A stretch of DNA of 64,000 bases, taken from Antedon mediterranea. Lineage: Eukaryota > Animalia > Echinodermata. The translations under genes were made by a program, and so were the position numbers. The stretch covers positions 16,306,001 to 16,370,000 of the forward strand of contig NC_092674.1 in the NCBI RefSeq assembly GCF_964355755.1. Direction: 5' to 3'. Position 1 is the stretch's first letter. Every line of letters starts with the position of its first letter. Shown piece after piece: positions 24,007-34,145 of the stretch. The notes under the pieces are model-generated. The model was not told the DNA's origin, searched no databases, and saw only the letters and a program-made list of their open reading frames with translations.

Positions 24007-24914
24007 TTAATAAAAACATCAACAAAATACTGGAAATACAAAACTAGAACCATAAACAGTTGTATAGATATGGTATACAGATATATTGTTTAATTTTTAA
24101 CATTTTGTTATTAAAACCAGTTTTTGTTTCTTCTTTATACTGTGTGAACTCTTCAATCAAGGACTGTTCTCCCATAGGGCACAGTAGCCTACTCACAGTG
24201 GCCGAGTGTGAACTAGTACACTGGGGTAACCCCCTACTCGTCTCCAAAGTGCACACAAGCATTTTGTGTACATTGGACCTACAGTTTACAGTCCTTAACC
24301 GCACAAGACGACGGGAAGAAATATATTAAATATTAAAATATTTTCTGCTATCAATTTGATATGTAAGCCAATACAAAGCCTGCATTAAACTATAGAGAAT
24401 AGAAAACTATTCAGTAATAGAGGGGGTATTTTGGGGGCGGGGGGCAGAGGTCACACGACACCATGACATCATCTCTAAATGAAGGGGTCACATACATACA
24501 GAAAATATACTAAATGTCTGTTGATTTAGTAGCACTGATCTCAATGGTAGCATATTAGGCCTACAAATGAAACATATTAAAATAATTATAAGCTAAAATA
24601 ATTATGTATTTTGTATACAGTAAATGATATTAAAATATATTTTAAGATAACTAAAACTAATTTTATCAATATGCTTTTTGTAAATTCATATTCAGCACCA
24701 TTATGAAACATGTTAATGTTATTAATAATCATTGATCAAACTGTTATATACTGTATATTAAATGTTCATACAGTACACTCCAACAACTCCAGGACCAAAC
24801 AAAAGTTTACCCTTAATACGGCCGTTATGTTAGCACACATATTGCTCCTAGTTCATTTTATTGGGAAATTATCCCCTAAATAGGGGGTGTTACAAAGATT
24901 ATTTTAAGCCGTTA

Positions 24915-25241
24915 ATGTTACTTTATGAGATATGAGTTCAGTATGTTACCCTTTATGAGATAGGAGTTCAGTAGGCCTATGTTACCCTTTATGAGATAGG
25001 AGTTCAGTATGTCACCCATTATGAGATAGGAGTTCAGTATGTTACCCTTTATGAGATAGGAGTTCAGTATGTTACCTTTTATGAGATAGGAGTTCAGTAT
25101 GTTACCCTTTATGAGATAGGAGTTCAGTATGTTACCCTTTATGGGATAGGAGTTCAGTATGTTACCCTTTATGGGATAGGAGTTCAGTATGTTACCTTTT
25201 ATGAGATAGGAGTTCGGTATGTTACCCATATGAGATAGGAG
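24915..25241. repeat. Minisatellite, 30-bp unit, ~10.5 copies, abutting the virus-like island
   Basis: ATGAGATAGGAGTTCAGTATGTTACCCTTT repeated. Confidence 0.95.
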
Positions 25242-25321
25242 GTGATCTGTATGCTAGATCGATTAAAAGCCAATCTCGTTTGCGTGTCGTTGTCGTTCAT
25301 CGGCCAGGCGTTGACGGTAGA

Positions 25322-25762
25322 ATGCACAGCGCTCTATCAAATCTGCTCGCCAGCTGTGAAAACGTACGTCTCTTGACCGAATATCATTTGGCGGCCGTGC
25401 GCAATTCGGCCACGAACATTATTGTGACCGGTCCTAAAATTCAATCGAAATCTAACGGCATGAATGATGGCGAAGATGACAACAACAACAACAACACAGA
25501 AGACTTGGTTACCGGAGCAGCCGGAGCGAATCTGATCAAAGCCAGAACCATGGGCGTTCCAATGGCAACTTCTCTACTGGACGACGTTAACAAAACGAGC
25601 ACAGTAGACGAAAAAGAGAAACTTATCGGCGATCTAGTCAGATGCAGAAAGGAGAAGGAAAAGTTGAGAAAGAGTTTTCTTTTCGATAAAAGACGTGAAC
25701 GACACTTGTTACCGGTTATGACGACCGAGGATGTTGGTGACGAGAGAAGTATGTATGTATAA
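25322..25762 (+). CDS. Hypothetical protein (virus-like island)
   Basis: 146-aa ORF from ATG with a charged helical C-terminus; no recognisable domain. Confidence 0.55.
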   Translation: MHSALSNLLASCENVRLLTEYHLAAVRNSATNIIVTGPKIQSKSNGMNDGEDDNNNNNTEDLVTGAAGANLIKARTMGVPMATSLLDDVNKTSTVDEKEKLIGDLVRCRKEKEKLRKSFLFDKRRERHLLPVMTTEDVGDERSMYV

Positions 25763-25801
25763 AAACTCAATCGGGACTCGAACAGGCATCCGCCTCTCTC
25801 G

Positions 25802-26136
25802 ATGTTCTCGTCAGAAACGTTCTATTGGGATCAATACCGGTGTCAGGGGGAGGCGCCGGCAACGTTGCACGCCACGGAACAACGTCTGCGCTTCCAGCGA
25901 AAATGTTACAGCAGATTGTCAGCGATTGTTCGGCATCGTGGCAAGATTTCATCGTCACTGCTCGACGATTGGATGAAAGAATACGGCGTACCGCTGAAAC
26001 CGTGGACAAAGAGAGCGTTTGAGGACATTGAAATGATGATGCCTCTTCTGCCCTACTTTCGATCAGGCTGTGGACGGCGTATGCTCGCCGAAATGCTCGA
26101 CGTTTCTGAACATGATTTCACGTCAACTTTTCAGCT

Positions 26137-26173
<37 letters not shown>

Positions 26174-26182
26174 TCTTCTTGA
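25802..26182 (+). CDS. Hypothetical protein (virus-like island)
   Basis: 126-aa ORF; ends in an (ACT)n tract overlapping the convergent ORF. Confidence 0.55.
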
Positions 26183-27064
26183 TCGTCGAAAGAGAGAGAA
26201 TCTGTGTTGTTTCTTTGTGGAATTCAAAACGGATGCATGCAGCACTGTCGGTCGCACTGCACCATCGGGAAAGAGAAGCGGTGCGCACGCAACAATTGTA
26301 CCGTGCTCGAGTTTTATTTTTCTGTTGACAATCTGTATTCGAAATTCGTCGACAGCAGCAGAAGAAGCAGCAGCAGCAGCAACAGACTGTTGGAAAACAA
26401 AAGTGTCTACAATGCCGTTACAGCCGATGCGTTGAACAGTGTTTTCGTGTTTCACCTCGCCTATCCATTCACCGGGCGTAGGATGCAATGGTGCCGTTGT
26501 TTTCACGAACCTTCCCGACGGTACGTGTACAGTGATGACGGTGTTGCCGTGGAACGCTACAATCGTGTTTGCGTCAAAGAACGAATGCACACTGGTACGT
26601 TTCACATTCTTTTGCTTTTCGTTTTCGTCCATGGAAATTGGATGTCTGAGTAGGACGTTCCACGTTGTTCGGGTACGTCGCAACATCACCAGAAGATGAT
26701 CACCCGCTTGATCCACGTACCATGCGCATAGGTCGCGACCGTGTTGACACGTTGCGTGCGACGTGTACAATTCACCGCCGACGCCCGTATCCAACGACTG
26801 TTCCACGCTCCACGCACCACTATCCAAATCGAACGTTTCAAATTCTTTAGCTCCACCACCGCTTAGTATCAACAAATCTTCGTTCATTCTCGTCAGGCAT
26901 ACCGATTCGTCTGTACGCTTCGTTGTAGAGTTTTGCAATCTTACGAACGTTCCAACGATGGCATTGTATCGATGAAGACGCATCGTCGCGTTCTCCTCGT
27001 CTGCTGGAGATACTGTGTACGCCAGATTCCGAACTACGGTAGTTCGATAGAACGGTGCCGTCAT
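26123..27064 (-). CDS. Hypothetical protein with kelch/beta-propeller-like segment
   Basis: 313 aa. LLILSGGGAKEFETFDLDSGAWS...SHATCQHGRDL resembles a kelch blade (GG...fD...W). Confidence 0.6.
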
Positions 27065-27103
27065 GAACGAAGCGGTAACGTGTACGTATTCTTCCAGCTG
27101 CTG

Positions 27104-27975
27104 TTATGGTATTGATGGTGGTGGAGGTGGCGTTGTTGTTCCGAAAGTGGCAATTTGTCGATGACTGTGACGAACACCCAACGCCGATTGCTCGTTCAAT
27201 CGATGATGATGAAACACTTGTTTTACATAATGTCTCAAATCTTGAACCAGTTGATTGATGGAGGAGAGACGTACAAACGCGATTCTGTACAGCATTTCCG
27301 AATCGTTCAGTAATCTGCCTCGTATGAGTTTAACGAGAGCGTGTTGTTTTCTTCGATGTTCCGTTTTGCCGTTTTTGTTAATCCATGTGTGCACAAGATG
27401 CCAAAGATACGATTCTGGCATATAGTACACACTGTCGTGCGATTTTACTTCTGTCGGCTGATCGTGTCTGGCCGTATCCAGCCAGGTCATCAACTCTTCC
27501 CACTTGAGTTCCTGTTCGTGCAGTTTAATTTTGCCAAACGTTCTGCAAATGGCCAAGATGAAATTCTGTCGGCGGTTCTTCTGGCTTTCAGCAGATCGTG
27601 CATGCACATCTCGTACACGGCAGACGTAAACACGCAGATGGTGTCCTTGCAGCCAATCTTCTCGGCTATACTCAAGCAAGAGATTCGATCCTGATAGGAA
27701 AGAGTGGCGACAAAGTATGAGTTTCTATTCGTGTTCATGAACGTCAACAACGCGTCAACAAGTTGATCGTTTGCCATTCCAATAATGTTTACGCACCCTT
27801 TAGGCTTTTTACTCTCGTACGTGGGTATTATCCAAACCATAATCGTTTTGTCTTTCGATGTACATACTCGAATCTGTTCAGATCCTTTGTAGCCCAACGT
27901 TCTCGGTCGTTGACCGACGTATGCTAGATCTTCACGCGCTTTGTGATGATTGACAAGCAAACGTTTCTCTTCCAT
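27104..27975 (-). pseudogene. Probable single frameshifted gene (MEEKRLL... joined to ...QNFILAICRTFGK...)
   Basis: Two same-strand ORFs overlap at 27490-27679 and the downstream one lacks an ATG start. A frameshift near 27570-27590 would join them. Confidence 0.55.
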
Positions 27976-28037
27976 CTTGTTGTTAACGTCCCGGTTTTCT
28001 TTGTTTGTTTTCGTAAAACACACACACACAAATAATA

Positions 28038-29024
28038 ATGGTATCACGATTCCATCCTTACGCCGCCGGTGATGGTATTAGATGGTACACGGGCATACAG
28101 CCAAATTCACCGATCAAAGCGACAGAACGTCGTGGCGAGTACAGACTCGATGAGACAGACATGACGGCCGGTACGTCGCGTATACCAAATTTCGGCGATA
28201 GAAGAAACTTTATGTATCCAACGTCAACTCACGCACAAAAGGATACGGACGGTGTTCGTGACATAACAACGTATCACGAATTCTTCAACAGATCCATTCA
28301 ATTCAATCGAGGCGATATGCTGTTTCTTTACAACGGTCAAAGGAAAATGTCTACTGCAACACCGGCTCCTGTAAACTGTTACGCGTTACCCGAACCCAGT
28401 TTTAAAGCGAGTACGGACAAGGCAACGGTGCCGTTGCCTCACCTCCAAAACATCATCAAAGAAGAGGTTACACTCGACATCAACGACTGTTTCGATCGCG
28501 ACGTGCCGCACAACGAATACATCAAAACGGTGTGTCAACGACGTGGATTCGACAGCTTTGGAACCGTACTGGCACGCATGAAAACTCCTAGAGATTTCCT
28601 CTCTTACTTTCTGCCTATCGGCTATCAGCTTTCTTTCGGTGGCAATCAATGGTTTACGAACGAATCGTATCCGTGCATAACAACGCAACATTTCGGTAAG
28701 ATGATTACAACACTGTCTGGAGTTCACGAATCGTGTCGATTGAATGCAAAAGCGGGTACTAAACTGTACTTGGCCGTTGGCATGCTACCCGGAGTAACCG
28801 ACGCTCTTAACTATCCATATCCTTCGCTGTTTTTTAGCAACGATCATTATATTCCCAATCAACTAAAGTCTATGGGATTTGTTTGTCGATCGAGAAACGG
28901 TTGTGTGACGCCGTGTATGGTGAAAGCCATCGGAGAGTTTGCTACCGATTTCTACGGTAACGTTCGCAGTCCCGAGATTGAACTGTTTATGAACAGATAC
29001 TTTCGACCGTATCACTTTTCTTGA
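28038..29024 (+). CDS. Hypothetical protein, candidate capsid triplex-like (beta-tulip) protein
   Basis: Intact 328-aa ORF with ordered motifs FNRGDMLFLY ... LPHLQNII ... FLPIGY ... ITTQHFGKM ... AGTKLYLAV ... KAIGEF ... EIELFM. The ORF is secure; the function is inferred. Confidence 0.6.
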   Translation: MVSRFHPYAAGDGIRWYTGIQPNSPIKATERRGEYRLDETDMTAGTSRIPNFGDRRNFMYPTSTHAQKDTDGVRDITTYHEFFNRSIQFNRGDMLFLYNGQRKMSTATPAPVNCYALPEPSFKASTDKATVPLPHLQNIIKEEVTLDINDCFDRDVPHNEYIKTVCQRRGFDSFGTVLARMKTPRDFLSYFLPIGYQLSFGGNQWFTNESYPCITTQHFGKMITTLSGVHESCRLNAKAGTKLYLAVGMLPGVTDALNYPYPSLFFSNDHYIPNQLKSMGFVCRSRNGCVTPCMVKAIGEFATDFYGNVRSPEIELFMNRYFRPYHFS

Positions 29025-29099
29025 CGCGACACACACACACACACACACTATATAATAACGTGTCAGAGCAAAAAAAAAAATCATTCAGATTCGTTCGGT

Positions 29100-29741
29100 A
29101 TGGGAAAGTCAAAGGATATGATTGCGGAATTGAAACAGGAACTTGAAGCTATGCAAGTTGATAAGTTGAGTATGTTACAAGAACAAGATCGACTGAGAGG
29201 AAGAGTAATCGCTGCCGAAAAGTACGCCAACTCGTTACCGCAAAACATGTACAAAGACTTGACACATGCCGCCATGGACGCGCATAGGGATGTGGTAAAG
29301 GAGGAGACACAACGATACGAGATAGACAGCCTAAAGGCAAGACTCGCTGAAATGACTGTGAAGTATGAACAGTTGCGAAGGAAACTGCCCGAAACTTTGG
29401 AATTATGTTCCAAATACAAGGGGGCGACCGAGATGATCAAACTTTTACAAATTCAATGTGAAATCAACAAACAAGACTTTATGAAGGAGCAAGCGGATCG
29501 TCAAATGTTGGCCAGAAGAGCAAACTTACCGTACAAACAAACCGTTACAGAAGTCATACGAAAGCTGAATCTATTGATCGGACAGGATTATGTTGATGGT
29601 GATCTTGAAACAGACTGTGCCGACGTCAATCAAATAGAAGCAAATGTTTGTCATGCAATTGAACCGGTGCAGTTTCCTGAAGATCCATTACTAGACACGT
29701 GCGATCAACTGATGGCCGAATACGGAGCAACGGTGGTGTGA
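29100..29741 (+). CDS. Coiled-coil hypothetical protein
   Basis: 213 aa, heptad-rich. TATA-like TATAATAA ~50 bp upstream and AATAAA at ~29783. Confidence 0.7.
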   Translation: MGKSKDMIAELKQELEAMQVDKLSMLQEQDRLRGRVIAAEKYANSLPQNMYKDLTHAAMDAHRDVVKEETQRYEIDSLKARLAEMTVKYEQLRRKLPETLELCSKYKGATEMIKLLQIQCEINKQDFMKEQADRQMLARRANLPYKQTVTEVIRKLNLLIGQDYVDGDLETDCADVNQIEANVCHAIEPVQFPEDPLLDTCDQLMAEYGATVV

Positions 29742-30520
29742 AACAATTGTGTAAAATGTCATGTATAACATAAGAAAGTAAAAATAAATGCACCACAAAC
29801 CTTAATGTCTTCTTCTTATTTCATTACTGTGCGCGTGTGTTTGTAATATCGATGACAGCTAGTAGTAGGGCCTACTGTAAACGATACAAATAACAACGGC
29901 CAGAGAAGCAAAAACGTAAATTATCTGAGTGGACGTTGATGATGGTAACAAACTATGTAATACACATGACCGACAAAAACGTAAGTGGTATTAAAAAAAA
30001 ACCAGTAGTAACTACCGAATACTTAGTTGGTGCTCAAATACCGATGATGATGATGATAATAATTATAAAGAATTGGTTGAGGCACATACCAATTAAAAAA
30101 TACACAACAATTGGTCTGCGTTTTCTCTTCACCTTTATTTCGAACGGTTTGTTTGTTGGCCTTCACTACACTTAACTACAGTTAAAGCCGCTGATGAGCC
30201 CGCGACGACGTTGTTTCTTTCCAACGTAAGCAAACTCGTGAAACTGTGCTGCCGTGAGTTAACAAAATCTGCCCCATGTCGAATGGATTTTAATTTTCTG
30301 GTAGTTAGAACAACGATCGAATTGATCCAAGACGGATATCTGGATGGTTTTAGATGTTCAGTGTGTACAAATTCATTTCCTTCACAACAGAGAAAAAAAT
30401 AAAACGATTTCAACTAACGTGCTTTCTGCATCTCGAGTACATTTTATGCGGTAGATTGTCTGTGTATGAATACAATGAATGTATATCGAACTCATAGTAT
30501 TGCAAGTGCTCGTGTGTAAA

Positions 30521-30754
30521 TTAAGCGTTTATTTGCTCAATCTCTTTGGCAAGTTTTTGTGTATCCTGACACACGGTTCTATACGTTTTAAAATCACTCG
30601 GTGACGGTACTTCGTCTTGCATCATCACCGTATCCGCCATGAATCTCTCTAAACGTCTGCAAATCAACAATTGCTCTTCACACACTCGACGATAGCTGGG
30701 TATAATGTGCTGATCGAAATGAAGACGAACCTCGTCCAACGTAATATCGTTCAT
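30521..30754 (-). CDS. Small hypothetical protein
   Basis: 77-aa helical ORF from ATG; AATAAA overlaps its last codons. Confidence 0.55.
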   Translation of the reverse strand: MNDITLDEVRLHFDQHIIPSYRRVCEEQLLICRRLERFMADTVMMQDEVPSPSDFKTYRTVCQDTQKLAKEIEQINA

Positions 30755-31044
30755 TGATGTGTCTATTGTAGCTATGCTGGTTGTGATACTCTGAAGGATC
30801 TCTTTTTGATTTCTACCGCCCTACTTTTCGAATATGTGCTCACCGTGCAACACGGGATGATAGTTTTGTGAACTAGGATCATTGTTGCAAAATTGTCTCT
30901 GCTTACTGTCAACGTCATACGAGCACAGTCTACACCCTGCTGCCATCACGGATGTTGCATCATACATACACACACACACACACATATATATAGTATGTAT
31001 ATTTTATTTTTGTCAAGCAAAACACTATGAAGGACCTATCGATA

Positions 31045-31270
31045 GATTTTCTTTTTTGCTACGAAGATCCGCACGGTCTTCTAGAGTTCGAGGACGATTT
31101 TATTTTTTGCAACGAGGATGCGCACGGTCTTCTCGAGTTCGAGGACGATTTTCTTTTTTGCTACGAGGATCCGCACGGTCTTCTTGAGTTCGAAGACGAA
31201 TTTCTTTTTTGCTACGAGGATCCGCATTGTTTGGGGTACGAGGACGAATTTTCTATTTTGTTACGAGGAG
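31045..31270. repeat. 51-bp tandem repeat (~4.5 copies) inside the virus-like island
   Basis: GAGGACGATTTTCTTTTTTGCTACGAGGATCCGCACGGTCTTCTCGAGTTC repeated; open in one frame as (DDFLFCYEDPHGLLEFE)n. Confidence 0.85.
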
Positions 31271-31364
31271 GCTATTTGTAGTACTTAAAAAGAGGCAATG
31301 AGATGACATTAGTTAGTTGATTACGCATCGTCGTATAGAGATGCTGTTCGTTTGGGAGAGAAAT

Positions 31365-32311
31365 ATGGCAGAATTAACAGATCTCTTTCAATGCGAATAT
31401 TGTTTACGGACATGGGAAGGAAACGGTCAATGTCCTTGTTGCAACTATATAGTGACTGAAATGCAGTACGACGCTGGTGATGAAGAAAGTTTACATGCCG
31501 GGGAATGTCATGATGATGATGGTGAGATGACAAGAAGATTGTACAATATTGATTTTCCAATTGATAACGATAGTATAAAGGTGCTGTTCGTTGAGGAAGA
31601 GAAGAAAAATAGCTATATGGCAGAATTGACAGATCTCTTTCAATGCGAATATTGTTTACAGGCATGGGACGGAAACAGTCAATGTCCTTGTTGCAACTAT
31701 ATAGTGACTGAAATGCAATACGACGCTGGTGATGAAGAAATTTACATGCCGGGGAATGTCATGATGATGATGGTGAGATGACAAGAAGATTGTACAATAT
31801 TGATTTGCCAATTGATAACGATAGTATAAAGGTGCTGTTCGTTGAGGAAGAGAAGAAAAATAGCTATATGGCAGAATTGACAGATCACTTTCAATGCGAA
31901 CACTGTTTACAGACATGGGACGGAAACGGTCAATGTCCTTGTTGGTACACGCGCAACGATACAGTGACTGAAATACAATACGAAAACGATCCAGTGTTGC
32001 AGTACAATAATGAAGAATGTTTACATGCCGACAACGCCCGGGAATATCATGATGATGATGATGACATCGTTGATCATGAGATAACAAGAAAGTTGAACCA
32101 TATCGATTTGGATCCAATGTTATGCGAAGAAACGTATAGTAGTAATACATCGAATGACCAATCGATTACCGATTCGCCAATAATCTTTGTTGATTCACCA
32201 CAATCGTCAGCGACGGTGGTAAGCGACGAAGAAGACCATTTGATTACGTGTGACGCGTGCATGAACGTATGGGATGGATTCTCTCAGTGTCCGTGTCTAC
32301 CTACTACCTAG
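31365..32311 (+). pseudogene. Acidic protein with four CxxC-x3-W[DE]G-x2-QCPC putative zinc-binding motifs; triplicated 252/251-bp unit with one frameshift
   Basis: ATGGCAGAATT recurs at 31365, 31617 and 31868. A 1-bp deletion near 31741 (GAAAGTTTAC vs GAAATTTAC) splits ORFs 31317-31781 and 31778-32311. Confidence 0.7.
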
Positions 32312-32589
32312 CACGTTTAAACTTACTGTTGCCTTTACACAATAGAACTACGAACATGTTTGCCGTTACGACGACTGTGTTACTCAATAGTTGGTACGTA
32401 TATTGGAATCATCGATGTGCTGCTGTTTGTTTTTGTTTTTTTTATATAGTGATTGTGAAGAATTGATAACGGGTATAAACGCTAGAGATCTTGAAACTGT
32501 GTTTTCATGATCTATCTATTACACATGTTGTTTATGGGATTGTTTACTTTGATTCATGAATTGAAACAAATCTTTTACCATAATCTAAA

Positions 32590-32815
32590 TGTAGATGTAG
32601 ATGTAGATGTAGATGTAGTTGTAGTTGTAGATGTAGATGTAGATGTAGATGTAGTTGTAGTTGTAGATGTAGATGCAGATGCAGATGCAGATGCAGATGC
32701 AGATGCAGATGCAGATGCAGATGCAGTTGCAGTTGCAGTTGCAGTTGCAGTTGCAGTTGCAGTTGCAGTTGCAGTTGCAGTAGCAGTAGCAGTAGCAGTA
32801 GCAGTAGCAGTAGCA

Positions 32816-32892
<77 letters not shown>

Positions 32893-32937
32893 GGCAGCGG
32901 CAGCGGCAGCGGCAGCGGCAGCGGTACTGCTACTGCT

Positions 32938-32969
<32 letters not shown>
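32590..32969. repeat. Compound graded microsatellite
   Basis: (GTAGAT)n/(GTAGTT)n > (GCAGAT)n > (GCAGTT)n > (GCAGTA)n > (GCT)n > (GCGGCA)n > (GCA)n. Confidence 0.95.
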
Positions 32970-33074
32970 GACAAATAAAACCAAAAGCAAAGACGTGCGT
33001 TACATTGTGTTTTTTTTTTAATAATGACTCTTGGACGAACAAAATAAATTAAAAAAAAGCTACAATAAATCGTT

Positions 33075-33964
33075 TTATATAGACAATAATGAATTACACG
33101 ACCGCGTGAAGCACGAGGTGAGGCCTCTATCGATCGTTTCTCCATTCTTCTCAATGTGTATCATTATTGGAATACGTTCGATGGGTACTCGTCTGTCGAA
33201 AAACATGCAGCACGTCCACTTTAACCGTTCATCTTCACGTTCGTAAAGTAGGCCTACAAGTTGATCGTGTTGCTTCAATCGACAATCGTTCCAATTGAAT
33301 TTCCACGAAATAGGCTCCGATTGAATTGTGACGACGTTCCTTTTTGTCTTGACCGTTCGGTTATAGATTCCACATGATCGTCGAAACGACTGCACGATAC
33401 CCGTCTCTGCGTCGGTCTCAAGAACTAACGGTTTCAGTAACGCTTTAACAAACTCGTCGGCTCTACCACCTTTTCCCCAATCTCTCAACACTCTTCCCAC
33501 CAGCGTTACACACTCGTTCGTATGCGTGCGTTATACGTTGACTGTGCGACGTTGAACAAATGCATGTGGATAGCTGGTACGAAGGAGACAAAGAGACGAT
33601 CGAAACACTTTATCGACGCCAAGTTATGTTTGTGTGCATGACTTCTGAAATCGGTGAGTACACGAACGCGATCGTTCAGTCTGTTCCATAGACGATTCAT
33701 AACGACAGATTCCAGGAACGGATAGGGATCGTAGCCGACTCTTTCTATTTCTCTTGCTCTTCGAACTACTCCATCGCTCGTCTGGAACGTTGGAAATTTA
33801 ATCCAATTGAGTCGTGGTGGTGTTGGTAAAAGTACAGGCACCGTTTGAAATGTGACTAAAGACTCGTAAACGTACACCATATCGTTACGTTTGCAAGCGA
33901 CGATTCTGTGCTGGTAATATTCGCGTTCTATTGCATCCGCGTCCAGATAGTATTCTGACAGCAT
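33075..33964 (-). pseudogene. Probable single ~295-codon gene split by a frameshift
   Basis: ORF 33964-33506 is followed by ATG-less ORF 33500-33075, whose frame is already open (RTHTNECVTLVGRVLRDW) across the end of the first. Confidence 0.55.
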
Positions 33965-34145
33965 GTCGTTAGAAAAGTACTTGGAGTGGAGACGCTACTG
34001 GACGTTTGACAGTGACTTTTCTGACGCCTGCGATCGTGACGAGAATGTAATCGATAGAGTCGATGTTCGTGGTTATATGGCCATGCAGGATGAATTCGAC
34101 GTACTATGCAAAAGATCAACGTGCGAAGCTTGGCGAATTGCCTAG
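33963..34145 (+). CDS. Short or truncated hypothetical ORF at the right edge of the island
   Basis: 60 aa; its ATG overlaps the ATG of the divergent ORF (CATG at 33962-33965). Confidence 0.35.
   Translation: MSLEKYLEWRRYWTFDSDFSDACDRDENVIDRVDVRGYMAMQDEFDVLCKRSTCEAWRIA

Noticed and set aside
24044-24329. Overlapping 86/89-aa ORFs as a host exon
   Set aside because: No clear splice sites or domain; resembles a decayed SINE body.
24918-25229. 103-aa (KGNILNSYLI)n ORF, or telomeric repeats of a telomere-integrating herpesvirus
   Set aside because: Translation of a 30-bp minisatellite; it contains no TTAGGG arrays.
32507-33042. Poly-Ala/poly-Gln proteins in several frames
   Set aside because: Open frames are an automatic result of triplet and hexamer repeats; there is no convincing start or unique domain.
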